Source: Anthoceros angustus
Lineage: Eukaryota > Plantae > Anthocerotophyta
Reading direction: 5' to 3'
NCBI GenBank assembly: GCA_010909165.1
Contig: VJWM01000011.1
Coordinates: 558,001-622,000, forward strand
Length of the DNA stretch: 64,000 bases
In this document: positions 25,682 to 37,198 of the stretch, piece by piece
Layout: every line of letters starts with the position of its first letter
Numbering within the stretch: the stretch's first letter is position 1
Notes under the pieces: model-generated
Told to the model about the DNA's origin: nothing
Database searches by the model: none
What the model saw: the letters and a program-made list of their open reading frames with translations, nothing else
Translations under genes and position numbers: made by a program

Positions 25682-28600
25682 GTACCTGAGTGGTTGAGGC
25701 TCCTGGTGTTGAACTTCGAGGTTGCTCACCTGCCCTTCTCAGTGTCCAAGATGAGCTTGGATAGTTTTATGTCCTGTGGGCATCCATCCTCTCTGCTACC
25801 CTGATTACATCTTGTAAGGACGACATGTTCTAGTTTCTACCTCCAATGAGGCCTCTTCTCAGGCCGCGGACATACCTATCCACCATCTCTTCCTCCGTGA
25901 TGTTGGGAATAACTAATGCTATAGCCATAAATTCATCAGTATACGCTGTGACCGATCCCCACTGCACTACTCGGGCTAGCTATCTCTTGCAAGCCTTTAT
26001 GACTCTCTGGGAGGAAATTGTTGCCTCAGTTCTTGTGCCAGTTGAGCAAACGTGAAAATTTGAGGTGCGACTCCATCCCTTCTGAATTGCCTTTTTCTTT
26101 GCCACCGGAGTAACGCAGTCCCCTCTAGTTGGTAAACAACCACCATTGCTTGCATATGGGGCTGTACTAGTGTAAGCTCTAGGTACTCAGTCTGCTCCAT
26201 CTGGAAAATCCAACTTTCTCGAATCGCTGGATCGCGGAGACCCGCGTAGGGTTTAGGCTTGGTGGGCTTTGAGAGCCCCGTAGCTCTCAAAGTGTCCCTT
26301 GGGAGTGGTGGCCCTGGATGTGTTTGTAGCATCTGTACCATGTGAGATTCTGGCTATAATGCAGGGGTTAGCTTGTGCTGAAACCGTTGCCAACATCTCT
26401 CTTAATTCACTTCGCAGCTCATCCATTCTTCGTTGCTGCAAATCTTCCATACGTTGTTGCATCATCATAATCGTGTTCTGCAACATCTGTTCCATGGGGT
26501 TACCTTCAAAATGTTCCACATTGTTGTCGATGTGATCCGTGAAAATCCGACGGCTTCCACCTCCTCGGGTGTACCAAGTGCTCGAGTCTTACATGCGGCT
26601 GTAATTCTAATACTTGTGCCTGCCTTTTTCTTGCTCGCGTCTCCTCTGCCTCCTTCCGTGCGTGCTGTAAGGACTGATCTCGCAGTAATTGTCCTACTTT
26701 GCATACCAACTCGACCTCCTCAAGGCATCGTCCGGGGAATCGAGTCTCAGGATCAAATAGATAGAGTTCAGCGTCATGCTCCTCAAACAGCCTAACCACT
26801 GCTGGTGGGTGCCAGGTGCCAGGTGATTGAAACCAACACCCTACTCCACTCTAGTTGCCTTTTACACACTTACTAAGTTCACAAACTACAAATTTCCATG
26901 CTAACTGTTGGGCTACTATCCAAGGCGTGTATGGCTCAACCGACTTATGAAACAAAATTTATGTCAGGAGACCTCACCACAGCACCTGTTCAAAGGTCAG
27001 CAATAACTGTAACGCACGGTAGAGCTGCCTTCTCCCGGGCAATCTTTCTTGCAACTCTTTAACCTCAAGTTTTTCCAGATAATCCACAGCAATCTCGACA
27101 ACACACGATGCCCTGGCCTCTCTTCCTCTGTACGCAAGCGTTTCCACAACTGCCAGTGTCGATTAGTCACAGCAGATACATGATTGCAGTTTCTACTAAT
27201 GTGAGACTGGGGCGTTCACCCAACAACACTTCCCTTCACGTCTAACCTTCTGGCCGTCCAAAACAGCTAGCCAGAAGCTGCCTTTCTAGCTATCGGCCTT
27301 CTCTAGACCGAGAGCCAGTTGTCTGGAACATGAGGGAGGTGCCTGTGTTCACATAGCATTGAACTAGGCACTCTCACCTTCATTTTCCAGATGATAAACC
27401 TCGGTCAGCCAACAGTGCCAACCTGAGGCTCTAATACAAAATGTAAGATATAGCAGAATAAACTGGCCTCCTGTCTGAGGCTCTCCTCTTTATCCAAGCG
27501 GTGACCCTGTTAAAATCCTAGCAGTAGGATTGTGCATCCCTTGCATCTAGTCTAGCATGATTGAGATGCTACATTCTCGAAGATATTTTGTGGTATTCTC
27601 TCTATGTCAAAATGTATACAAAGTCGTCTTAAATAGTGTTTGTGGGTGTCTCTTCCGAAGAGGCACACCCGTTCGTAATTACTAATTACTCTTAGTTACG
27701 CTCTAAGGTTACTAGCTGGTCGATAGGGTTACGGACAGATTATCCATTTTTTAACACTCCCTCTTAAGCTGGACGTAACCTACAGTAATGGGAGCTATCT
27801 CCCATGGAGCGCGATGCTCCTCTTTGGTGCGCTCCCTCTGAAGGCTAAGGAAAGCTGCACAAGCCGCCTTGGGGTACAGATGCAATAGGCACAAGTCGGG
27901 ACTTGTGGTCTGGAAAAGTAGCATGACCCCTTGAAACAAGCATCTCAAGATCGCCTTGCTTGTGGTGAGTCATGGAGATCAAGTTCTTGCCCATTTATGG
28001 ACGAGGAGCACAGGCTCCAAGGTAAGCACCGAACCATCCTTGAGAGGAAATTCAAGTGCCTTGTCCCGCGATTGGCGCTAGATCTACTCAATTCATCACC
28101 GAGTAACACCCTTTCCTTGAGAGGATGAGTATTCACGGTGAGAGTACTATCACAGACACGGGGCGGTGGCTCCACCGCCCGATACCACCCCGCATCCTTA
28201 TGCAACTCGGTGTTGAGGCAAACCATAAGTATCTTTACGGTTTTCTCTCGGTCAAGGCCTTTAACTCAACGCTCACGCCCTGTCTCGGCCTCTTTCTTGC
28301 GGCACTCTCGTGCCCAATGGCCGGCACCCGATGGGCCACTACAAGGAGGGGCAGAGGTTGAGTCACCTTTAGGGGTGAAGTTCGCCTTGCCTCGACCTCC
28401 CGGCTTGAAGTGGGTGAAGCGCCTGCCTCGCATCGGGCTTGGACCCTCCCGCAGAGGGCGGCTCGCCTCACCGACACGGAGCACCAATAATATCTTCCAT
28501 CGTGAGGGTGGAGGTGTACCGACTTACCATGGGTCGATACCAACATCAGGTCACGGTTGTGGTAAGACGGTGGTAAGCTCATTAGCAGTGTGCGGTGACA

Positions 28601-29435
28601 TCGGTCTCCGACATGGTTGAGCCAAGGAGGCGAGTTGCCCTCGGTCGAACTTCGAGGTGTGGGCGTAAATCGCATCCTCTCCTTCATCCTCAAGGAGTTG
28701 AATTCCCGCATAATCGCATAAGGTTAGAACATTGTTAACATTGTAGGTGTTAGATAGCTGGTCCCAGATGGCAGAAGCCTCCTTGAGGAACTCCACGCTG
28801 GGCACCAGGCTTGAGTCGAGTCCGCTGATGAGGAGGGCAATTGCAATCCCATTCAAGTAGTCCCATCGTTCAATGTCAAGAATCGATGGGAGGTGGTCAA
28901 GAGTTAGGCTTCAAGGGTGCCAACAATCTTCCAAACACCTCGACCTATCAAGATGGACTTCATGCGAACTCGCCACATGTAGTGTTGGCCATTGAATCTA
29001 TCTTTCTTTTGATCTGGTCGGTGAAGACGGTACTACTCCACGGGGAGGAAGCATCACAGCCATGGGAGTGAGGCCGAGCGAAAGCGAGTTGAAGTGTTGT
29101 ATAAGTTGATTCACCACGTCTCTGTAAGTTGTGGTCATAAAACTTCAAGTTGAATCCTCGTCGCGGGTTGTTGGTGTGGCAGGTGAACAAAGGAATCTCT
29201 CCTCCACGAGTGCCGACAAAAGATCCTTGAAGAAAACAATATCCCCTCTTGCTTGCTTTTAACTGCTCTCCACTTTCTTCTCTCCCTTTGTTTTCTTTTT
29301 ATTTGTGTTCCACTGGGGCTTGCTTCCTTGCTCGCTTCTCTCTTTATTCTTCTCTTTATTTGGTGAGGGATTTGCCTTTATACTTCTGTCAGAATTATTT
29401 AAGTACACACGAAAACCATATACTTACAACCAAAG

Positions 29436-29505
29436 TGAGTTGGTATAGTGGCTGGTCGTTCCCCCTAGGGGCCTGCAGGTCGTGGGTTCGATCCCCGTTG
29501 GAGCG
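29436..29505 (+). promoter_or_regulatory. tRNA-like Pol III A/B-box motif inside the Copia leader, antisense to the element
   Basis: AGTTGGTATAGTGG (A box) ... GGGTTCGATCCCC (B box/T-loop); not a clean cloverleaf. Confidence 0.5.
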
Positions 29506-29544
29506 TCTGTTTGAGTTTCTTCTTTTGAGTCTGCTCTGATACCA

Positions 29545-31720
29545 TGTTAAAATCCTAGCAGTAGGATTGTGCATCCCTTGCATCTAGTCTAGCATGATTG
29601 AGATGCTACATTCTCGAAGATATTTTGTGGTATTCTCTCTATTTTTTTTTTTGCGAATAATAGAGGGCCCTTGGATTAATGTCCCCCTCCTTACCGAAAC
29701 GGCAACGGGGGCACCGATTCGGGACGGGCGCGCCGTGCATGGGGTGCGCCCGCCCGTGCATGGGGTGCGCCCGCCCGTGCATGGGGTGCGCCGCCCGTGC
29801 GCGCCGGCTTGGTTCGCTGGGCGATCCTCCTGCCGGGGTGCCACGCGAAGCGTTCGAGTCACGCCGCAATTCCATTGCGCCTTGGTGCTGGTCCGCCGGC
29901 TTCGAGATCGCGGTGCCTTTTGGGTGGAATCTTCACGCTGAGCCTCTGCGCGGCCTCCCGGATCCACCGAACGCTGCTGCTTGGATCGGCTGCGAGTCTG
30001 TGGAATTAGGCGTGCGGAACTAGATTGGTAGAGGAAGCGCGCTTCACCGCGGCCGCAGACGTCGGTGGAGATCGCTGCCCTCCGCCCCGAATTGGGGCAA
30101 GGAGCGCGGTGCGGCGCGCCTCGGGCGTCCCGGTGGGCGCCGTGCCTGTGATTGCCGATCATCTGTTTCAGGCTCGCCGACGCCGCCATGGCACACGGCG
30201 CGGAGCGTAAAATAGTGATGGGGAGGAGGGAGGCCCGTGCCTCTCCCTCGTGTTTTGGTTTGAAGCCATTCCACCCTATGACTATATTTTGTAGGGCGGG
30301 ACCGAATTAATAAGCCACACAGGTGATGGGTCAGACCGGATGCCATTGGAGCTCCGGGGTTAAGTGCCTTGTCGATCAAGATTAAGATGGGGCCAACCAG
30401 CCTCCCATTCTAGATTCATTTTGATCCGCTTTTTTTTTTTGCTCTCTATGCTAGCTTGGCTAGGATGAGAGTCATCTGCCCCCTATCTAAATTACGGGAA
30501 GAAAAGGCAACTAAAGAATAGTACTGTGCGTAAGTGTAAGCGAGGGCACTCGCGGATTTGACATCAGAGAGGAAGAAAAACTAGGCTCCCAAATGAGAGA
30601 CTAAGCTCGATACCATGTTAAAATCCTAGCGAGGATTGTGCATCCCTTGCATCTAGTCTAGCATGATTGAGATGCTACATTCTCGAAGATATTTTGTGGT
30701 ATTCTCTCTATTTTTTTTTTTTGCGAATAATAGAGGGCCTTGGATTAATGTCCCTCCTTACGAAGCGGCAGCGAGGCACCGATTCGGAGACGAGCGCCCG
30801 TCGCGTCGAGGCCCGCCCGTCCAGCGTCGGGGCGCGCCGTGCATGGGGTGCGCCCGGCTGGTGCTTGCGCGGTTGGGTGCTCGCCGGCGCGGATCCTCCT
30901 GCTGCGGTGCCGCGTGCCTGCAGTCACGTCAGCAATCTCCAGTTGCGCTCGAAGTCTTTGATGCAGGCGCGGTTAGGAGGCTGCGGTGCCTTTTGGGTGG
31001 AATCTTCCATGGCCTGCCTCGCTGGGCGCTCCCGGCCGGATCCACACGAGCTGCTTGGATCGGCTGCGAGTCAATTAGGCGTCATGCGGAACTAGATTGG
31101 TAGAGGAAGCGCCGCTTCACCATGTCCTGACGTCGGGTGGAGATCGCGTCCTCCGCCCGTGCTGAGTGGGGCAAGGGAAGGCGGTGCTGGTGGCGCCGCT
31201 CTGGGCGTCCTACGGTGGGCGCCGTGCCGGATTGCTGATCAATCTTGCTCTAGGCTCGCCGACGCCGCCATGGCACACGGCGCGGAGCGTAAAATAGCGA
31301 ATCTGAGGAGGAGGAGGCCCGTGCCTCTCCCTCGTGTTTTGGTTTGAAGCCATTCCACCCTATGACTATATTTGTAGGGCGGGACCACAGTTAACCATAC
31401 GTGTGATGGGCTGGAGACCGGATGCCATTGGAGCTCCGGGGTTAAGTGCCCCGGGGTCAGATCAGTACTAAGATGGGGGGCCAACCAGGCCTCCCCATTC
31501 TAGATTCATTTTGATCCGTTTTTTTTTTTTTGCTCTCTATGCTAGCTTGGCTAGGATGAGAGTCTGTCCCTGCCCCCCTATCTAAATTACGGGGAAGAAA
31601 AGGCAACTAACAGCAATAGTCGGTGTGTGCGGAGTGGCGGCGAGGGCACTCGCGGATTTGACATCGTCGGCGAGAGGAAGAAAAACTAGGCTCCGGTCGA
31701 GGAGACTAAGCTCGATACCA
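29545..31720 (-). repeat. Two ~1.1-kb tandem units, each made of partial LTR (~97 bp), a T-run, a GC-rich body and a PBS
   Basis: Units start tgttaaaatcctagc at 29545 and 30616, diverge from the LTR after attctctcta into a T-run, and end in ctcgatacca. Confidence 0.85.
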
Positions 31721-33398
31721 TGTTAAAATCCTAGCGAGGATTGTGCATCCCTTGCATCTAGTCTAGCATGATTGAGATGCTACATTCTCGAAGATATTTT
31801 GTGGTATTCTCTCTATGTCAAAAATGTATACAAAGTACGTCTTAAATAGTGTTTGTAGGTGTCTCTTCCGAAGAGGCACACCCGTTCGTAATTACTAATT
31901 ACTCTTAGTTACGCTCTAAGGTTACTAGCTGGTCGATAGGGTTACGGACAGATTATCCATTTCGTAACAGACCCCATACTTAGCATGTGAGTCATACCCC
32001 TGATGGGGCATCCATGCACGGGCTCACCCGCCCTACTGCTCTATCTGCTGTATTTACCTATTACCATGATACTATATTTACTATGATACTATATTTACCT
32101 ATTTACCATGATCCCCATGACAATGTTGCCTGCTGGTACTCCACTGCCACTAGATGCTGCAAACTGCACAAGGAAACTTATATCAGTGCGTCTTCCCCTA
32201 CATGCTGCAGACTGAGGAAACACATAGCAATGCGTCTGCCCTGCTAGCACGCCGTGAAATTCCCTTCCCCCATCATGTGACATGATACTACTATGCTATC
32301 CAAAGCCTCCTGCAAATTGTATTCTACCTCATTATTCACTTTAAAAACTATATGTAGGATTATTTTGAGATTATTTATATGGAATATGATCATTAGAAAG
32401 GATGTTGTATGTAAGTATATATGCTGAAAAGTTAGATGCTGAAAAGTTCCATGCTGAAAAGTTTGATGCTAAAAAAAGTTCTAAGAATAAAAATGTAGAG
32501 GAAAATGTACCCTGAAAGTTTCACCTTGAGCATATTGGACAATGTGGGCCTAAAAAAAGGTCGGATATACATTCAAAGTTTCTAAAAAACAGTCCAATAT
32601 GTTATGTCCTTTTGATATAGCATATTGGTACACATTTATGTAAAATGTGAAGAACTAGAAGATGCAAGAGGGTTTTTTATAACTTTGCCACAAACAGTAA
32701 AGCCTTGGACATAGGTATAGGTCTTGAGAAGCCTTGTAATGCGTTATGTAATGCGGTGAGTGAATGAGTGAGAGACTGAGTGAGTGACAATATGAAACTC
32801 TCAGATCAATTGGCTGGTTAGGGCTGCAGTTGTAGTCCAGGTCCCACCCTAACATCCTCTGGAAAGCGAGGGAGTTCATCGCCACGCCTGGACATATCAC
32901 CTGCGGCAAAAAATCCCAACGGAAGATGCTGAGACAAGCTCATGTTTGGGAAATCTTCGGACGAAGCTTTCTGTGTTTGTGACTGCCACCTGTTCGCGAC
33001 CTGCGAAGTCGTCCAACTTGGTTCCTCATCAGCTGACCTTAGCGGCTCGAAATCAACCATGAGCATGCGTGGAAGAAGGTTGCAGGTGCCAATGCTACAA
33101 TTCTCCGGTGCAGGTTCAGGTCCAGGTGCAGGTGTCAATGTCCAGGTGAGGTGCAGGAGCCAATATTACTTTCTCCAGGTGCAGTCCAGCCTTGTTATTC
33201 TGCAGCAATTTCCCAGGTCCTAGCACAGCTTCATTGCCCGCTGTTCAGCAGCTTTGTAGGCACTGCCATTCACCGTCCAGGTCAATCCACCCACCCTGGC
33301 CTGGCTGCTGTGGACGCTGTGGGTTAGTGTGCGTAGCGAGGACGCGGTTGTGAGCGGCCTAGTCTTGTCCATGCCCCTCCGACAGCAGTCCCTGAACG

Positions 33399-36300
33399 AT
33401 GGCCACATCGAAGGCCGAAGCTTCTTTTCTTCTCTTTGCACGTCATTGGCTTTCAGGGGGGACCCAACAAATTGGTGTGTGTACACGGATTCTACGAGGA
33501 GCTCATGGTAACCTCATCCTAGGGACTCGACCCCTGGCAAGCAAAGCCTCCAGGTGCAGCAGTGTAAGGAGCCCAGCACTTCCAGTTCTGGAAAATTATG
33601 TGGGTAGGGACGGGTTTTCCAGCGATGGTCGTTGCCAGGAGCAGGAGCACTTGTGGCAACAATTCTTTCTGGACCCTACCATGTGGTGGGACAACAGACG
33701 AGATAAGAAGAGCTCCCGTTCTCCTGACTTCCGGCGAAAGGGGTCCGGCGAGGAGCTGTGCTTAAACAACATGTTCAAGCCAGCTTGGGTTGATGAGCAG
33801 CTCATTTCCTTCGATGTGCAGATGGGGTGCCATGGTGCTGTCCGATCCAGTAGCCCAGCACTTCCACATCCGATGGGCCATGGTGCCTCTCCCTCCGAGT
33901 CCAGGTCTCAGGACAAGCCTGAACCTGGGAGGCGTTCAGGATCGGTAATGGGCGTCGTTACTGCTGCTACCGTGAGCACGTTATGTCAGCAGGGGAAGCT
34001 TTCTGAGGCCGTTGGAGCCCTGGAATCTCTGGCGCACACAGACTCTCCCATTTCTCAGTTTCTATTCTACACTGTGCTGAAACTGTGTACAGCCAAGAAG
34101 GATTTGGTTGTGGGGCGACGAGTTCATGATCTCATTGTCAAACTTGGATACGAGTCGAGTGCATACTTGGGGAACCATATCTTGCGCATGTATGCAGGTG
34201 GAGGTAGGCTAGAGGAGGCCATGGATGTGCTCACCAGGGTGGGCAAACCAGATGCCTTCATGTGGTCTTCCATAATATCCGCATACGCTAAGCAAGGGAA
34301 ACCTAATGAGGCCATACAACTGTATCATGAGATGCGTAGGTCAGGAGTTAAGGCGGATGCTCACGTCTTTGTAGCTGCCCTTCAGGCTTGTGCATTTGCT
34401 GCCGACTTGGAATCTGGCAGAAAAGTGCACTGATGTGGTGCAGTGGCATTCCTACTAACTTGTTTGTTGGCAACTGCCTGGTGGACATGTATGCAAAATG
34501 TGGAACTGAAAGATGCACGCCAGGTTTTTGACAGCATGGCCACAAGGATGTGGTGAATGCCCTGATATCTGGGTATGCAAAATGTGGTGAACTGAAGATG
34601 CACGCCAGGTTTTTGACAGCATGAACAGAAAGGATGTGTGACATGGAATGCCCTGATATCTGAGGACTTGAGGCTTGTGTATGGACAAATGGAGGAGGGC
34701 CTGATTTTGGCTGACCATGTTACTTTTGCTTGCCTTCTGAAGGCCTGTGCAAGCACTGGTGCCTTACAGAAGGGCAGGCAGCTGCACTCACAGATGGAAA
34801 GAGGACTGCTGGATAACGTAGTGTTGGGCAACTGCCTGGTGGACATGTATGCAAAATGTGGTGAACTGAAGATGCACGCCAGGTTTTTGACAGCATGCCA
34901 CAAAGGATGTGGTGACATGGACATGGACTGCCCTGATTGCTGGACAGCAAGGACTCGGCCAAGAGGCGCTTGTGTATGGACAAATGGAGGAGGGGCCTTA
35001 TTTTGGCATGTTACTTTTGCTTGCCTTCTGAAGGCCTGTGCAAGCACTGGTGCCTTACAGAAGGGCAGGCACTCAGATTGTCAAGAGGACTGCTGGATAA
35101 TGTAGTGTTGGGCAACTGCCTGGTGGACATGTATGCAAAATGTGGTGAACTGGAAGATGCACGCCAGGTTTTTGACAGCTTGGCCACAAAGGATGTGGTG
35201 ACATGGAATGCCCTGTTAGCTGGATATGCACAGCAAGGACTCGGCCAAGAGGCGCTTGTTGTGTATGGACAAATGGAGGAGGGCCTGATGTCTGACCATG
35301 TTACTTTTGCTTGCCTTCTGAAGGCCTGTGGAAGCACTGGTGCATTACAGAAGGGCAGGCAGCTGCACTCACAGGTTGTGGAAAAAGGACTGCTGGATAA
35401 CGTAGTGTTAGGCAACTGCCTGGTTGACATGTATGCCAAATGTGGTGAACTGGAAGGTGCACGCCAGGCTTTTGATAGCATGAACACAAAGGATGTGGTC
35501 ACATGGAATGCCCTGATATCTGGGTATGGTACTTGTGATGATGGTCACACAGCACTATCTTGTTTTGAGGAGATGTTAGGTGCCGGTATTCAGCCAAATG
35601 ATGTTACTTTTACTTGCCTTTTAGTAGCATGCAGTCATGGGGGACTGGTCCCTGAGGGTCGCAAGCACTTTAATTCCATGGCAGAACAGTATGGCATCAA
35701 ACCTAGTATTGAGCATTGCAATTGCATGATTGATCTTCTTGGGCGTGCAGGCCATTTAGATGAGGCAGAGAAGATGCTATCATGTGAGGCCAAAGTAATG
35801 TTGTGGGCTTGACGTCTTTGTTGAATGCCTGCAAAAGTCACGGGGATATAGAGAGGGCGTGTGGTGTTTTGAAAGCATTGTTAGGCTGGACCCCAGGAGG
35901 CGCCTGCCTATGTGCTCATGGCCAATGCCTATGCAGATGCAGGTAGGTGGACCGATGTAGACAGGATTGAAACACAGAGAAGGGTAGCAGGAGCTTACAA
36001 GAAGCCTGCATTGGCGACCATTGAGGTGAATAAGCAGGTACATAAATTTATGGTGGGAGAAAGGAGAGAGGATATTGCGCTTAAGGTAGAGAGCACGAAT
36101 GCACGTCTGAAGCAGGAAGGAGGCCACGTACCTCACACAAAGTTGGTGTTGAAGCCACTGTTTGAGAAGGAAAAGGAAGATGCGCTTTGTGGGCATGCTG
36201 AGAAGCTAGCTCTGGCGTTTGGTCTCTTGAACACTCCGAGTGGGACACCTCTGGTGGTAACGAAGAATCTACGCATGTGCAGTGACTGCCACAGTTCCAC

Positions 36301-36403
36301 GGAGATCATGTCAAGGCTTGAACAAAGAGACATTGTTGTAAGGGATGGGTACCGTGTGCATCGATTCGCAGCTGGTTGTTGCAGTTGTCAAGGTCGACCG
36401 TGA
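33399..36403 (+). CDS. PLS-class PPR protein with N-terminal PDF-like motif and DYW:KP (GRP-type) domain, copy 2; frameshifted as assembled
   Basis: ORFs 33399-34433, 34937-35812, 35912-36403: LWQQFFLDPTMWWDNRRDKKSSRSPDFRRK, PLS repeats, KKPALATIEV, HAEKLA, CSDCH, GRP*; homology to copy 1 starts near 32960 (matching 7355). Confidence 0.88.
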
Positions 36404-36814
36404 GAAAGATTGGAGGACTGCACTGAGCTCAAGTGTGTACGCCGAAGAATCTTGCATTTTCTTTCTAGAGTTACAACAGTGTACACCATCCCGTGTCATC
36501 ACTAACCGTCCTGGTTGGGCTGCCATCGGAGCTGCGGTTCTCATGATCAGGAAGTACAGCGGCAAAATCGACCTGGTTGGGATTGGTTAACTCCATACCT
36601 GTCCAAATGGACCCATGACCTTGGCATCCCTCCGGTGAAATGTTGTATAGACCGATTTATTTGGGGGATTGTACGGACTGTGCAAAATCTTTAACCAGAG
36701 CCAGCAAACACACCAGTCTCTATCCCGAGCTTCGCAACCATAAAGTCTGTGTTCTTTGTTCTACGTACCAAAGAAAAAACCGTTTGCGTAGTCCGAAAGC
36801 ACTGGTGCCTTAGA

Positions 36815-37105
36815 GGAGGGCAGGTCATTGCAAATCCTGATAGCCACCGGACTCGAGATCTTGACCAATGGAGAGAATGCCGGACTCGAGAGCTTGACCA
36901 ATGGAGAGAATGCCGGACTCGAGAGCTTGACCAATGGAAAGAAGGAGGGCAGGTCATTGCAACTCCTGATAGCCGGACTCGAGAGCTTGACCAATGGAGA
37001 GAAGGAGGGCAGGTCATTTCAACTCCTGACAGCCGGACTCGAGAGCTTGACCAATGGAGAGAAGGAGGGCAGGTCATTGCAACTTCTGATAGCCGGACTC
37101 GAGAG
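36815..37105. repeat. 30/60-bp tandem repeat array (ccggactcgagagcttgaccaatggagaga...)
   Basis: Direct observation; repeated peptide units in the overlapping ORFs. Confidence 0.9.
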
Positions 37106-37198
37106 GAGTAAAGTACTTTAGGGAAAGTTAATATCTCATCGTTTGGTAAAATGAGTCCTCGATGGCACAATGGGGCTGGCAACCTCGCTCTGGTACCA

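Larger units (their letters stand above)
27508..31969 (-). mobile_element. Non-autonomous Ty1/Copia-like LTR element inserted in the Gypsy 5' LTR
   Basis: 249-bp LTRs TGTTAAAA...TAACA at 27508-27756 and 31721-31969; TSD GACCC (27503-27507, 31970-31974); PPT AAGAGGGAG; PBS TGGTATCAGAG at 29534-29544; gag remnants (ASAIWDQLSNTY, GHWARECRKK); no RT or integrase seen. Confidence 0.88.
17062..32122 (-). mobile_element. Ty3/Gypsy chromovirus LTR retrotransposon (degenerate) hosting nested insertions
   Basis: LTRs TGTAAG...TGACA at 17062-17301 and 27442-32122 (split by a Copia); 5-bp TSD ATGTT (17057-17061, 32123-32127); degenerate iMet PBS near 27430; gag 25700-26800; CCHC/protease/RT (YMDD)/RNaseH/integrase/chromodomain at 20896-17294. 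Confidence 0.93.
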
